The position numbers and the translations under genes are program-made. This document shows, one piece after another, positions 1-8,812 of a DNA stretch of 64,000 nucleotides (positions within the stretch are counted from its first letter, which is position 1; each line of letters starts with the position of its first letter). The DNA lies in assembly GCA_022511385.1 (NCBI GenBank), contig JAFLRN010000004.1, positions 3,075 to 67,074 on the forward strand. The letters run 5' to 3'. The DNA is from Acetatifactor sp. (GTDB taxonomy: Bacteria; Bacillota; Clostridia; Lachnospirales; Lachnospiraceae). The notes below the pieces were generated by a model that saw nothing but the letters and a program-made list of their open reading frames with translations, ran no database searches and was not told the origin of the DNA.

Positions 1-686
1 TGTGTGGACTTGGGGATAACAACGATCCCCTGTTGCAATAAGAAACGCAGGGCAATTTGTGCCACTGTTTTCCCGTGATTCCCGGCAATACCCAAAAGAA
101 CCTGATTTTTAAAAATACCGTTTTGACCGCAGGCAAGGGGCGACCAGCTTTCATGTTTTGTGCCAATCTGGCATTCCAACTGCCGCAGTTTTTTCTGCTG
201 GCGGAAAACATGAGTCTCAACCTGATTGACAGCCGGAATGACTTTGCAATGGTTTACCAAATCCAGATACCGATCTTCCAGAAAATTGGAAATACCGATA
301 GCTCGCAGTTTACCATCCTTATAGGAGCTTTCCATAGCACGGTAAATTTCGTGTACATCTCCTGTAGGCTCGTGAATCAACAGAAGATCAATATAATCCA
401 GATTAAGTTTTTTCAGTGAACCGTCTATGGAACGCAAAGTATCTTGATAGCCGCGGCATGCCCATAGCTTTGTTGTGACAAAAAGTTCACTTCTTGATAT
501 TCCGGATTTCCGGCAGGCAAGTCCGACCTCATGCTCGTTGCCGTAACACTGTGCCGTATCAATGGAGCGGTAGCCAACACGGAGCGCATCAGTAACACAC
601 CGTTCGGTAACGCCGGAAGGTGTCTGATACGTTCCATATCCTAAAATTGGCATTTTCACGCCGTTATTTAAAATAATATATTCCAC
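1..686 (-). CDS. Aldo/keto reductase (partial, runs off the window start; not in ORF track)
   Basis: Manual translation from GTG at 686: MEYIILNNGVKMPILGYGTYQ...GYRSIDTAQCYGNE...LFVTTKLW...DLLLIHEP...AIGISNF...VNQVE...AQIALRFLLQQGIVVIPKSTH. These are standard AKR motifs. Confidence 0.93.
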   Translation of the reverse strand, partial: MEYIILNNGVKMPILGYGTYQTPSGVTERCVTDALRVGYRSIDTAQCYGNEHEVGLACRKSGISRSELFVTTKLWACRGYQDTLRSIDGSLKKLNLDYIDLLLIHEPTGDVHEIYRAMESSYKDGKLRAIGISNFLEDRYLDLVNHCKVIPAVNQVETHVFRQQKKLRQLECQIGTKHESWSPLACGQNGIFKNQVLLGIAGNHGKTVAQIALRFLLQQGIVVIPKST

Positions 687-722
687 TGTTCTTAGCCCCT
701 TTTCTGTACTTACAAATATTCT

Positions 723-1232
723 TTAAAGAGAAGCTCCCAGCTGATAGACTTCATGAGTCTTTCCCTTGCCCAGCACCTCGCCTAAATTCTTCCATCTGAG
801 ATTTCTTTCATAGGTCCGATACCACGTTACTGCCTGAGAATAATCACCACCGTCTGCAGTCATCAGCAACACGCTCTTTTTTGGAAACTTACCGTATCCC
901 AGACATTCCAGTTCCGCATATAATCTGTCGGCCGCGGTTTTTAAGGTACCTGTTATCGTCCAAAAATACAGTGGCGAAGCAAACACGACCACATCGGCAT
1001 CTTCAAATTCAGCATAGATTTGATCCATGTCGTCCTTTTGGCTGCATGGACTTTTGGAATCCTTGCCAGCCTTCAAACATCCTTTACAGCTATTTATTTT
1101 CATTCCGTCAAGATAAAAAATCTTTATCTGATTACCCGCAGATTCTGCCCCAGCCGCAAAAGCCGCAACCAGTTTTGCCGTATTCCCGTTCTTTCTTGCG
1201 GCCCCATTTAAAACAATAATCTTTTGATTCAT
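723..1232 (-). CDS. Flavodoxin-fold NADPH-dependent FMN reductase / iron-sulfur flavoprotein family
   Basis: LNGAARKNGNT, CKGCLK...C, VVFASPLYFW motifs. Confidence 0.85.
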   Translation of the reverse strand: MNQKIIVLNGAARKNGNTAKLVAAFAAGAESAGNQIKIFYLDGMKINSCKGCLKAGKDSKSPCSQKDDMDQIYAEFEDADVVVFASPLYFWTITGTLKTAADRLYAELECLGYGKFPKKSVLLMTADGGDYSQAVTWYRTYERNLRWKNLGEVLGKGKTHEVYQLGASL

Positions 1233-1244
1233 GTGCCTTGCTCC

Positions 1245-2633
1245 TTAAAATGATTCATTACTTCCCATTTGTTTTTCAATAGCAGATTTCTTCTGCCAAC
1301 GGTTACTAAGATAATAAGTCCAAGTGATCAGGCATCCTGTTCCAAATCCAAACAGTCCGTTCCACCAGATAATTGTATGCCCGAACAAGGGACTATACCG
1401 GAACAGATAAGTGCTGATCACCCGCATTCCCAATGCCCCCACAGCAACAAATGTTGCTGCTCCCCCGTGATTTGTACCCTGAAATACGCCAAACAGAGGA
1501 ATGTAAAGGGCAAGAATGATATTGATAAACGCAATTGTCTTAAGGTGGGCATTGCAGTAAACCGTTGCCTGTTCGCTCAATTTAAACAGACCTATGATAT
1601 TTTCAGCCAACAGCCATACGAGTGCAGAAATGCATAGTGTAAGCAGAAAAGAGATCATTACTGCTTGTCTGGCACCTTTTTTCACCCGCTCCGGTTTCCC
1701 TGCACCAATGTTCTGCCCCGTATAGGTGGCAAGCGTTGTTTGGAAAGCACTGCAGGGCAGGTTCATATATAATTCGATTCGGTATCCCACTGTGAAAGAG
1801 GCTGTCATTGTCTGTCCGAAGCCATTGACTGCTCTTTGGATAAAGGTCAGTCCAAATGATACGATAATCAACTGCAATGCAATGGGAAGACCTACCCGCA
1901 TCGTTTTCTTTGCCAATCCTGAATCCCATGTGAACTCTTTCAGCTTGAAGCGGAATACAGGGTATTTGCGTGTCATGTAAATGTATGCTGCCACAAATGA
2001 ACCGGCCTGCGCTATATCCGTTGCCAATGCCGCTCCTACAACACCCCACTGAAAACCCGCAACAAAAATCAGATCTAAAATGATATTCAGTACAGATGAA
2101 ATCAGCAGAAAATACAATGTTGCCGCACTATCTCCCACTGCTCTTAATATGGACGAAAAAATATTATAGCCGAACTGAAAAATCAATCCTATCGCATACA
2201 CACTGAAATATTGCAGTGTCAGCTCCAGAAATTCCTCCGGCACTCCGACAAGATAGGTATAAGCCGGGCGCGATATCAAAAGTCCCACGATCGTAGCTAC
2301 AAGTCCCATACCCATTATAAGCAGAATACCGGTAGATGCATTGGCTCTCACCTGTTTCTCGTCCCCGGCGCCGTAGTGTTGCGCCACAACTACGCTGTTT
2401 CCGGCAGAAAATCCTGTTGCAAGTGCTAAGAACAAGAAGGTAAAGCTTCCCGTCGTACCAACCGCAGAGAGGGCTGTCTCCCCCGAAAAATTACCAACCA
2501 CGATGGTATCTACTGTGTTGTATAACTGCTGCAGCAGCGAGCCTGCAAGTACAGGAATCGCAAATCTTAAAATATGTTTCCACGGTGTTCCTTCCGTCAT
2601 TGATTTCCCAGTCATCACTTCACCCTCAAACAA
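1245..2633 (-). CDS. MATE family efflux transporter
   Basis: QQLYNTVDTIVVG, LRAVGDS, NIILDLIFV, GQNIGAG motifs; about 12 hydrophobic segments. Confidence 0.92.
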   Translation of the reverse strand: MFEGEVMTGKSMTEGTPWKHILRFAIPVLAGSLLQQLYNTVDTIVVGNFSGETALSAVGTTGSFTFLFLALATGFSAGNSVVVAQHYGAGDEKQVRANASTGILLIMGMGLVATIVGLLISRPAYTYLVGVPEEFLELTLQYFSVYAIGLIFQFGYNIFSSILRAVGDSAATLYFLLISSVLNIILDLIFVAGFQWGVVGAALATDIAQAGSFVAAYIYMTRKYPVFRFKLKEFTWDSGLAKKTMRVGLPIALQLIIVSFGLTFIQRAVNGFGQTMTASFTVGYRIELYMNLPCSAFQTTLATYTGQNIGAGKPERVKKGARQAVMISFLLTLCISALVWLLAENIIGLFKLSEQATVYCNAHLKTIAFINIILALYIPLFGVFQGTNHGGAATFVAVGALGMRVISTYLFRYSPLFGHTIIWWNGLFGFGTGCLITWTYYLSNRWQKKSAIEKQMGSNESF

Positions 2634-2738
2634 TATCTTCCTACCTTGGTACCTATGTTATAACAGAATATTCGTTGACTTCGAAGATACAAAAATGTTA
2701 AAATGGTTTTAAGAAAATCTAAAAGCGAGAGCATACTT

Positions 2739-3629
2739 ATGTATATCAGAGAACTTATCACCTTCATTACTGTGGCCGACCAGGGTAGCTTTCTGAAAGC
2801 GGCGCAGGAATTATATATCACACCTGCCTCCGTTATGAACCAAATGAACAAACTGGAACGCATCATAGGAGCGAAACTCACCTATCGCACCAATCAGGGA
2901 ACGTATTTAACTGCTGCCGGACGTTCTATTTATCAAGCTGCAAAACAAATGATGGAATTTGCGGATGAGGCTGTTAAAAAGGCTCGACAGCTTGCCGTAT
3001 CGGAACAGAACACAATTCGGATAGGAACATCCATTCTTCGTCCTTGTAAGAGATTGATCGATTTATGGGCTGAGTTTGATGACGGAAGTCTACCATTCCA
3101 AATCCACATAGTTCCATTTGATGATGATCCTGCCGGCTTAGATTCTGCTCTTTCCGCACTTGGAAATCAGATTGATTGCTTTGTAGCGCCCTGTGATTCT
3201 ATGGAATGGCGGGCGCAGCACAATATCTTTCTTCTAGACAAACTCCCCTGCCGTATTGCTGTTCCCCGTAAGCATCCTTTGTCAAAGAAAAAAAGCCTCC
3301 GCTGGTCCGACTTGGACGGAGAGGCTTTTATGATGATCAAAAGAGGGGATTCCACCGTTTTGAATCATATGCGGGATGACATATTGGTAAATCATCCCCT
3401 GATCAAAATTGTAGACGCTCCTAACTTCTATGACACATCAATATTCAATGAATGTGAACGGATGAATTACCTGATGGAGACATTGGATATTTGGGCAGAC
3501 ATTCACCCCGCCTTGGTAACGCTGCCCATGGAATGGGAATATGAAATACCTTACGGTATTGTATATTCCCGGAAACCTTCTATGGCTGTAAAAGTTTTTA
3601 TTGAGATTATTCAAAACTTGTCATGTTGA
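2739..3629 (+). CDS. LysR family transcriptional regulator
   Basis: N-terminal HTH GSFLKAAQELYITPASVMNQMNKLE...LTAAG; divergent from the MATE gene; start moved to ATG 2739. Confidence 0.9.
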   Translation: MYIRELITFITVADQGSFLKAAQELYITPASVMNQMNKLERIIGAKLTYRTNQGTYLTAAGRSIYQAAKQMMEFADEAVKKARQLAVSEQNTIRIGTSILRPCKRLIDLWAEFDDGSLPFQIHIVPFDDDPAGLDSALSALGNQIDCFVAPCDSMEWRAQHNIFLLDKLPCRIAVPRKHPLSKKKSLRWSDLDGEAFMMIKRGDSTVLNHMRDDILVNHPLIKIVDAPNFYDTSIFNECERMNYLMETLDIWADIHPALVTLPMEWEYEIPYGIVYSRKPSMAVKVFIEIIQNLSC

Positions 3630-3753
3630 TGGTTTCGGAATCCCACTCCATTTGATCCTCATGTACAGGGTCGTAATTATCGTTGATGATATCTTCCGGA
3701 ACTCGCGGGTTCGACTCTGGATGTCTCCGTGAACAAAGGAATTGCAGCGTTCG

Positions 3754-4641
3754 CTACAATTTCTTTGTTGTTTTGCATCTCCCGCAATCTGAGCAGCCAT
3801 TACAAATCAATCTACTCCCACAATGCTCACAATTCTCACAGTAGTGCGGCACATATAAATCTTCCTTTGATATCTCCATACCAAAGCGATCTGTGAGCGT
3901 CCACTCTATCGGCTTACCAATGTAGTTCATGCCGGATTTATAGGCCATTTCACTCTGTATCTGCTTCTTAGGCAGATGGTAGCGTTTCCCATCTTTGATG
4001 AAAACTGTACCTGTTTCGATAAAGCAAAAGGTGACATTATGGGAGACACATTCCGCCCGAAGCTTTTTTACCCAATCAAAATTGCAAGGCCTTGATCCAT
4101 CATAATTCTCACCGCCGCAAATGACCTGTTCAATCTGTCCGCGAGCAAGATATTTTTCAATGCTGACCGCACCGATAAATGGTGCACACATAATGCCTTT
4201 ATGCTTAAAGGGCAATTCCAGTAAAATGGGAATACGCTCATCCGCCCTCTGTTGATTTTCACAGGTAACATTGAAGAAAATATTTTCCCATCCGTCGCCC
4301 CAATCCTTTGGCAGACATTTTTCTACACGCTGCGGGCGCTTCGTGAGCAGAAAAAACTTTACATCCGGACGTTGCCGCATGATTTCCCATGCCTCGGTTC
4401 TCCACTGATCCGCCTCATCCAAAAAGAAATCAGATGACATACAAACCCGGATCAATTCGCCGCTACGAACTTTATATCCGCCGCTTTTGACTTTTTGCAG
4501 GGGATAGGTAAATCCTGATTTTGTCTTGTAAATGTCCGCACCGTTACGGTCACGTACACGGTCAAGAAAAAACATATAGCAGTTCTGGCATCCCTCGCTG
4601 CATTTCACACAGCCATGCCACGGATTCCATATATCATGCAT
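3754..4641 (-). CDS. DUF5131 (Gp37/Gp68-like) protein with three-Cys motif and Cys-rich C-terminal tail
   Basis: WNPWHGCVKCSEGCQNCY (Cx6Cx2C-type), SDFF, LLTKRPQR, VICGGE; tail CENCEHCGSRLICNGCSDCGRC. Confidence 0.85.
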   Translation of the reverse strand: MHDIWNPWHGCVKCSEGCQNCYMFFLDRVRDRNGADIYKTKSGFTYPLQKVKSGGYKVRSGELIRVCMSSDFFLDEADQWRTEAWEIMRQRPDVKFFLLTKRPQRVEKCLPKDWGDGWENIFFNVTCENQQRADERIPILLELPFKHKGIMCAPFIGAVSIEKYLARGQIEQVICGGENYDGSRPCNFDWVKKLRAECVSHNVTFCFIETGTVFIKDGKRYHLPKKQIQSEMAYKSGMNYIGKPIEWTLTDRFGMEISKEDLYVPHYCENCEHCGSRLICNGCSDCGRCKTTKKL

Positions 4642-4645
4642 AATG

Positions 4646-5515
4646 TCACCTCAAATCCTCCAAGACCTTTCCGATATCCCCATCAATACAAATGGATTGT
4701 TCTTCAATCTCTTTCGGGCACACTGCTTCCCCATAATTGATACAAGCATAAGTCGCCTTCGGATTCTGCGCAGTCATTTGCCAGAACGGATACTTGATGA
4801 TGCCCGGGGTGTTATAGCCAACTCCCAGCTCCAGGAACAATATCCGCATATTTGCCTTCGACCGCAGGAAATTCGCATACCGCTCCGCCGCCCTGTACCA
4901 TCCCTCATCCTCCACAAACCGGTTGTCCGAGCGCAGATTCATGGTCATGGGCTTCCCACAGTGGGGACAGACTGGCAAAAGTTCAGAGGGAATGCGCATA
5001 TCCGCCTGCTGCTCCACCATCTGGCGGATTATGTTCTCATTCTCAAAAGTCTCCTGACAGCATGGCTCACTGCATTGAAACAGGCCATAGTCACCCTGGG
5101 TATAGAACAAACGCTTTTTGTCAATGCCGGCTTTCTGGAAGCAATGATCCACATTTGTGGTAATCACAAAATAGTCCTTGTCCTTTATCAATTCTAAAAG
5201 CTGTTTATACACCGGTTTCGGAGGATCCATATAGCGGTTGACCGTGATAAAGCGGCTCCAGTATGCCCAATGCTCTTCCGATGTATCGTAGCGGCAAAAC
5301 GCTCCCGAATACATGTCGTGAAAGCCGTACTTATCTTCAAAGTCTGAAAAATTTTTTCTGAAACGCTGGCCGGAGTAGACAAATCCCGCCGAGGTGGAAA
5401 GTCCGGCTCCCGCACCGGTCACAACAACATCCGTATGATCTATCACACTTTTGAATTTCTCAATCTGCGTTAAGTAATTTTCGGTAGATTTCGTAATCGA
5501 TGTCCTTGAAAACAT
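4646..5515 (-). CDS. Class M sirtuin (SirTM), macrodomain-linked NAD-dependent mono-ADP-ribosyltransferase
   Basis: GAGAGLSTSAG, TTNVDHCF, TQGDYG (Gln where deacylases have catalytic His), CPHC, LELGVGYNTPGIIK; overlaps the macrodomain gene by 56 nt. Confidence 0.88.
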   Translation of the reverse strand: MFSRTSITKSTENYLTQIEKFKSVIDHTDVVVTGAGAGLSTSAGFVYSGQRFRKNFSDFEDKYGFHDMYSGAFCRYDTSEEHWAYWSRFITVNRYMDPPKPVYKQLLELIKDKDYFVITTNVDHCFQKAGIDKKRLFYTQGDYGLFQCSEPCCQETFENENIIRQMVEQQADMRIPSELLPVCPHCGKPMTMNLRSDNRFVEDEGWYRAAERYANFLRSKANMRILFLELGVGYNTPGIIKYPFWQMTAQNPKATYACINYGEAVCPKEIEEQSICIDGDIGKVLEDLR

Positions 5516-6239
5516 TGAAGATCACCTCCATACTGCTATTTGTACGCTCCTTGTAGTCCTTCACGGTCTGCACGGCGATTTCAGCCGCCTTATCGTTTGG
5601 AAAGTGAAACTCACCTGTGGAAATGCAGCAGAACGCTATGCTTCTCACCCCGTTTTGCTCTGCAAGTTCCAGACAGGATCGGTAACAGGACGCAAGAAGA
5701 TCCTTGTCCGTCTGTGTCAGCGGACCGGAGATGATCGGGCCAACGGTATGCAGGACGTATTTGCAGGGCAGATTATATGCTGACGTAATCTTCGCTTTTC
5801 CCGTTTCTTCCTCGTGACCCTGTTTCTTCATAATTCTGGCACATTCCAGCCGCAGCTGTATTCCGGCATAGGTATGGATGCAGTTGTCAATGCAGCCGTG
5901 ACAGGGAGCATAACACCCGGTCAACCCTGCGTTGGCGGCGTTGACGATAGCATCACACCGGAGCGTGGTAATGTCGCCCTGCCATAGATAAATACCGTCT
6001 GATACCGGTGATAAATCCTCAAGATCCGTGACTCCTTTTGCAGAAATTTCCTCCTTTAGGTATTCATCCTGAACAGCCAGAAAATCACTGCCTATCTTCT
6101 TCGCACGGCGGACATTCATAAGAGAACGGAGCAGGCGCTTCTGCTCCTCCAGGTTCTTTGGAACCGCCATATTTTTGTACTGCGGCTCCTCGCAGAGTAA
6201 TTCATCGATGAGAAACGTCTGTCTTTGCTCTTGCGTCAT
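5460..6239 (-). CDS. Zinc-dependent macrodomain protein-ADP-ribose hydrolase (Zn-Macro)
   Basis: LLRSLMNVR, WQGDITTL, DAIVNAAN, GCYAPCHGCIDNCIH (Cx4HxC Zn loop), HTVGP, FCCISTGEFHFP. Confidence 0.92.
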   Translation of the reverse strand: MTQEQRQTFLIDELLCEEPQYKNMAVPKNLEEQKRLLRSLMNVRRAKKIGSDFLAVQDEYLKEEISAKGVTDLEDLSPVSDGIYLWQGDITTLRCDAIVNAANAGLTGCYAPCHGCIDNCIHTYAGIQLRLECARIMKKQGHEEETGKAKITSAYNLPCKYVLHTVGPIISGPLTQTDKDLLASCYRSCLELAEQNGVRSIAFCCISTGEFHFPNDKAAEIAVQTVKDYKERTNSSMEVIFNVFKDIDYEIYRKLLNAD

Positions 6240-6267
6240 GTCTTGCCTCCCACTACTAATTTATAAT

Positions 6268-6846
6268 TCATTCAATCACTCTGATTCTTCCTTGCTTTCT
6301 TGGTTTGCTGACAGGATATTCTCCCTCGCAGTAACCCAGTGTTACAAAGCAGCGGGCAATATAGTTGTCCGGCACCCCCCATTCCTTCAGCAGCGCCGCA
6401 CCGATCTCATTATCAAAGGTTTCCTCCGCCCTAGAGACGATACAGGAAGATATCCCCAGATCAAAGGCTTCCATCAGCATTGTCTCCGCACAGCAGAAAG
6501 CGTCCGGAATCCCAAACACAAAATCTTTCTGGGCAAACATAATACAAAGTGCAGGCGCACCGTAAAAACCGCTCATAATAGTTGGATCATCAATAACGCT
6601 GGGTTGTTCCCTAGATACATAAGAACCGATCAACCGGCTGCGGTCAAAATGTGCCATATTCATTCTTCCCAGCTTCTCCACCAGTTCCGCATTGTGTATC
6701 CCGACAATCATACTCCTTTGACCTCCGCCAGCATTGGATGCATAAGTCCCGGCTTCCAGGATTTTCTCCAAATCCTCTCTTGAGATTTGTTTTGCCTGAT
6801 ATTTTCTGATGGATCTTCTACTCTTGATTGCTTCTAACAGCTCCAT
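6268..6846 (-). CDS. Nitroreductase family flavoprotein (ACGX-system associated)
   Basis: SRRSIRKY, ILEAGTYA, LGISSC, VTLGY motifs; directly downstream of the rSAM gene. Confidence 0.88.
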   Translation of the reverse strand: MELLEAIKSRRSIRKYQAKQISREDLEKILEAGTYASNAGGGQRSMIVGIHNAELVEKLGRMNMAHFDRSRLIGSYVSREQPSVIDDPTIMSGFYGAPALCIMFAQKDFVFGIPDAFCCAETMLMEAFDLGISSCIVSRAEETFDNEIGAALLKEWGVPDNYIARCFVTLGYCEGEYPVSKPRKQGRIRVIE

Positions 6847-6867
6847 TATACCTCTACCTCCATATCA

Positions 6868-7938
6868 TCACAACTCTTTCCAGCATTGTGGATCAGCATC
6901 ATAGAATCTCTCAACAGCCGTTTTGCGGCTGCTTGTACAGCTGGCAACGGCTGGGCAGCCACGGCACCATGCCTTCAGCTCACACTTTCCGCATTTTATA
7001 AACTTATCATATTCCCGATAGGCTTCCATCTCGCTGACCCAAACATCTGCGAGCCTGTCCTCGAAAATATTGGCCACACGACTGTCCTGTACCCGGCGGC
7101 AGGCGTAGACATCCCCGTTAGGCAGAATCGTCAAATGGCAGTTTCCGCAATTGCAGCCACCGTATATCATGCCCTCTTCCGCTGTGTCTGGAATCTGAAA
7201 AGTCCCTGTTTCATACTCATACAATGTCCAGAGATGGTCCTTTTTGTTAAAGTAAGTTTCGCAGCCCGCCGCTTCATATGCTTTAAACTTTTTATCACAG
7301 GCTGCCAGCAGTTCCCGATAGCGCATAGGATCTATACACAAATCCTTTTCCTCACTTGTGGGGCAATAGCGAGCAAAAGCGAACACATCTACCTTCGCAG
7401 CAACCACTGTATCAATGATATCGGGGATCTCTTCGATGTTTGTGCCTGACACAGTTGTCATAATTACACTGCGGATGCCGGCCCTTTTGATACAGGCAAT
7501 TTTTTCCAGGGTAATGTCAAAGGACCCCGGCTTACGAAACCAGTCGTGAGTTTCCTGCATCCCATCCAGGGAGAGCTGATACTTCTGACAGCCATATTCT
7601 TTCAGCTTTTGGCATACTTCATCATTCAGGTGAAATGGATTTCCCAGGATTGTAAAGGGAATATCCCGCTCCTTCATGAGCCCAAGCAGTCTCCAAAAGT
7701 CAGGATGCAGGATGGGATCGCCGCCCGTGATATAGAAGTACGGCAATCTGTCATATATTTCGCAGAAATCCAGGCAGTTGTAAAAGGTGTCTTCCATTTG
7801 CTGCCATGTCATGACATCCAGCTTTTTACAGTTGTCCACTGAAAAAATATAGCAATGCTTGCACCGCTGATCGCATTCATCCGTAACATGCCATTGAAAA
7901 GCAAAGTATTGTTTCACTTCAGAAAAATACTGTTTCAT
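6868..7938 (-). CDS. Radical SAM/SPASM peptide maturase, ACGX system
   Basis: CDQRCKHC (CxxxCxxC), TGGDP, SPASM cysteines GCNCG...VYAC...CGKCELKAWCRGCPA; start moved to ATG 7938 behind a GAGGA RBS; adjacent to the ACGX peptide. Confidence 0.9.
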   Translation of the reverse strand: MKQYFSEVKQYFAFQWHVTDECDQRCKHCYIFSVDNCKKLDVMTWQQMEDTFYNCLDFCEIYDRLPYFYITGGDPILHPDFWRLLGLMKERDIPFTILGNPFHLNDEVCQKLKEYGCQKYQLSLDGMQETHDWFRKPGSFDITLEKIACIKRAGIRSVIMTTVSGTNIEEIPDIIDTVVAAKVDVFAFARYCPTSEEKDLCIDPMRYRELLAACDKKFKAYEAAGCETYFNKKDHLWTLYEYETGTFQIPDTAEEGMIYGGCNCGNCHLTILPNGDVYACRRVQDSRVANIFEDRLADVWVSEMEAYREYDKFIKCGKCELKAWCRGCPAVASCTSSRKTAVERFYDADPQCWKEL

Positions 7939-7988
7939 GTCTTTGTCCTCACACATATAAAAATCGGTTTCACCGAAATACATTTCAA

Positions 7989-8019
7989 TGTTCCCGGCGA
8001 GTCTTTCCCGCCGGGAACA
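7989..8019 (-). promoter_or_regulatory. GC-rich stem-loop between peptide gene and maturase
   Basis: 11-bp perfect inverted repeat TGTTCCCGGCG-N9-CGCCGGGAACA with no U tract; likely an mRNA-stability or partial-termination hairpin. Confidence 0.65.
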
Positions 8020-8037
8020 GCTTTAGAACAAGATGGA

Positions 8038-8211
8038 TTACTTGTCAGAAGCGCCGCAGGCTGCGGGAGCCTCTGCAGGCTTGTCACCTGCGCCACATGC
8101 GGAACCGCATGCTGCGGGCTTCTCCTCCGGCTCATCGCCAGACCCACAAGCGCTGCCAGAAGCAGAAGGTGACATTTTTGCATTCCATCCTGCAAGATTA
8201 GAAAGTGCCAT
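8038..8211 (-). CDS. ACGX-repeat precursor peptide, 57 aa (missed by ORF track)
   Basis: MALSNLAGWNAKMSPSASGSACGSGDEPEEKPAACGSACGAGDKPAEAPAACGASDK; four ACG[S/A] motifs; AAGGAG RBS upstream; directly upstream of rSAM/SPASM. Confidence 0.92.
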   Translation of the reverse strand: MALSNLAGWNAKMSPSASGSACGSGDEPEEKPAACGSACGAGDKPAEAPAACGASDK

Positions 8212-8309
8212 TTGAGTGACCTCCTTTTATGTATTCAGAAAGCTTTTCTCTCCGTAAATCCTATTATACAAACTGCCATATTGCCAACAAGTACGCACCT
8301 TTTTATAAC

Positions 8310-8331
8310 ATAGTTACCTTTTTGTAACTAT
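8310..8331. promoter_or_regulatory. Palindromic operator, probably bound by the HxlR regulator
   Basis: ATAGTTAC-N6-GTAACTAT perfect 8-bp inverted repeat in the divergent intergenic region. Confidence 0.65.
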
Positions 8332-8413
8332 TGGTCCATTTGTTGTTGAACTTTTTAGAATGTAGCAGTATAATTTGTATGTAACATTCTTTTTTAAAGT
8401 AATGGAGGTGCTC

Positions 8414-8812
8414 ATGAAAACAAAAGCCGACTTGCTCCCTGAATGTCCGGTTGCCACAACCGTACAACTGATTGGCAATAAGTGGAAACTGCTTATTATG
8501 CGGAATCTGCTTGTGCGTCCTTGGCGCTTTAATGAATTACAAAAAAATTTAGAGGGAATCAGCCAAAAGGTCCTGACTGACAGTCTCCGCTCTATGGAGG
8601 CAGATGGGATCATTAACCGTACTGTTTACGCCGAAGTACCGCCGAGGGTTGAATATGCTTTATCGGAATTAGGGGAAACCATGCGCCCTATTCTTAACTC
8701 TATGCAGGCTTGGGGTGAAAATTATAAGGCACTGAAATCAATAGAGTCAGGAGATGCAGGAAATGGAGATACACATATGACAGACTCAGGGGAGCAGCGG
8801 ATTGAAAGATGA
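8414..8812 (+). CDS. HxlR (MarR/DUF24) family winged-helix regulator
   Basis: PECPVATTVQLIGNKWKLLI, RFNELQK, ISQKVLT, VPPRVEYALSELG; GGAGG RBS before ATG 8414. Confidence 0.92.
   Translation: MKTKADLLPECPVATTVQLIGNKWKLLIMRNLLVRPWRFNELQKNLEGISQKVLTDSLRSMEADGIINRTVYAEVPPRVEYALSELGETMRPILNSMQAWGENYKALKSIESGDAGNGDTHMTDSGEQRIER

Noticed and set aside
3700-3720. GCGGGTTCGACTC resembling a tRNA T-loop or attachment site
   Set aside because: No closing T stem or other cloverleaf arms.
4646-6239. Sir2/Macro as an anti-phage system (Thoeris-like)
   Set aside because: Motifs match class M sirtuin and Zn-Macro, and no TIR, SLOG, HerA or Argonaute partner is present.
7935-8215. ORF-track calls 7935-8195 (-), 7855-8172 (+) and 8033-8215 (+)
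   Set aside because: These are alternative frames over the real ACGX peptide gene (8038-8211), which has the RBS and the motif.
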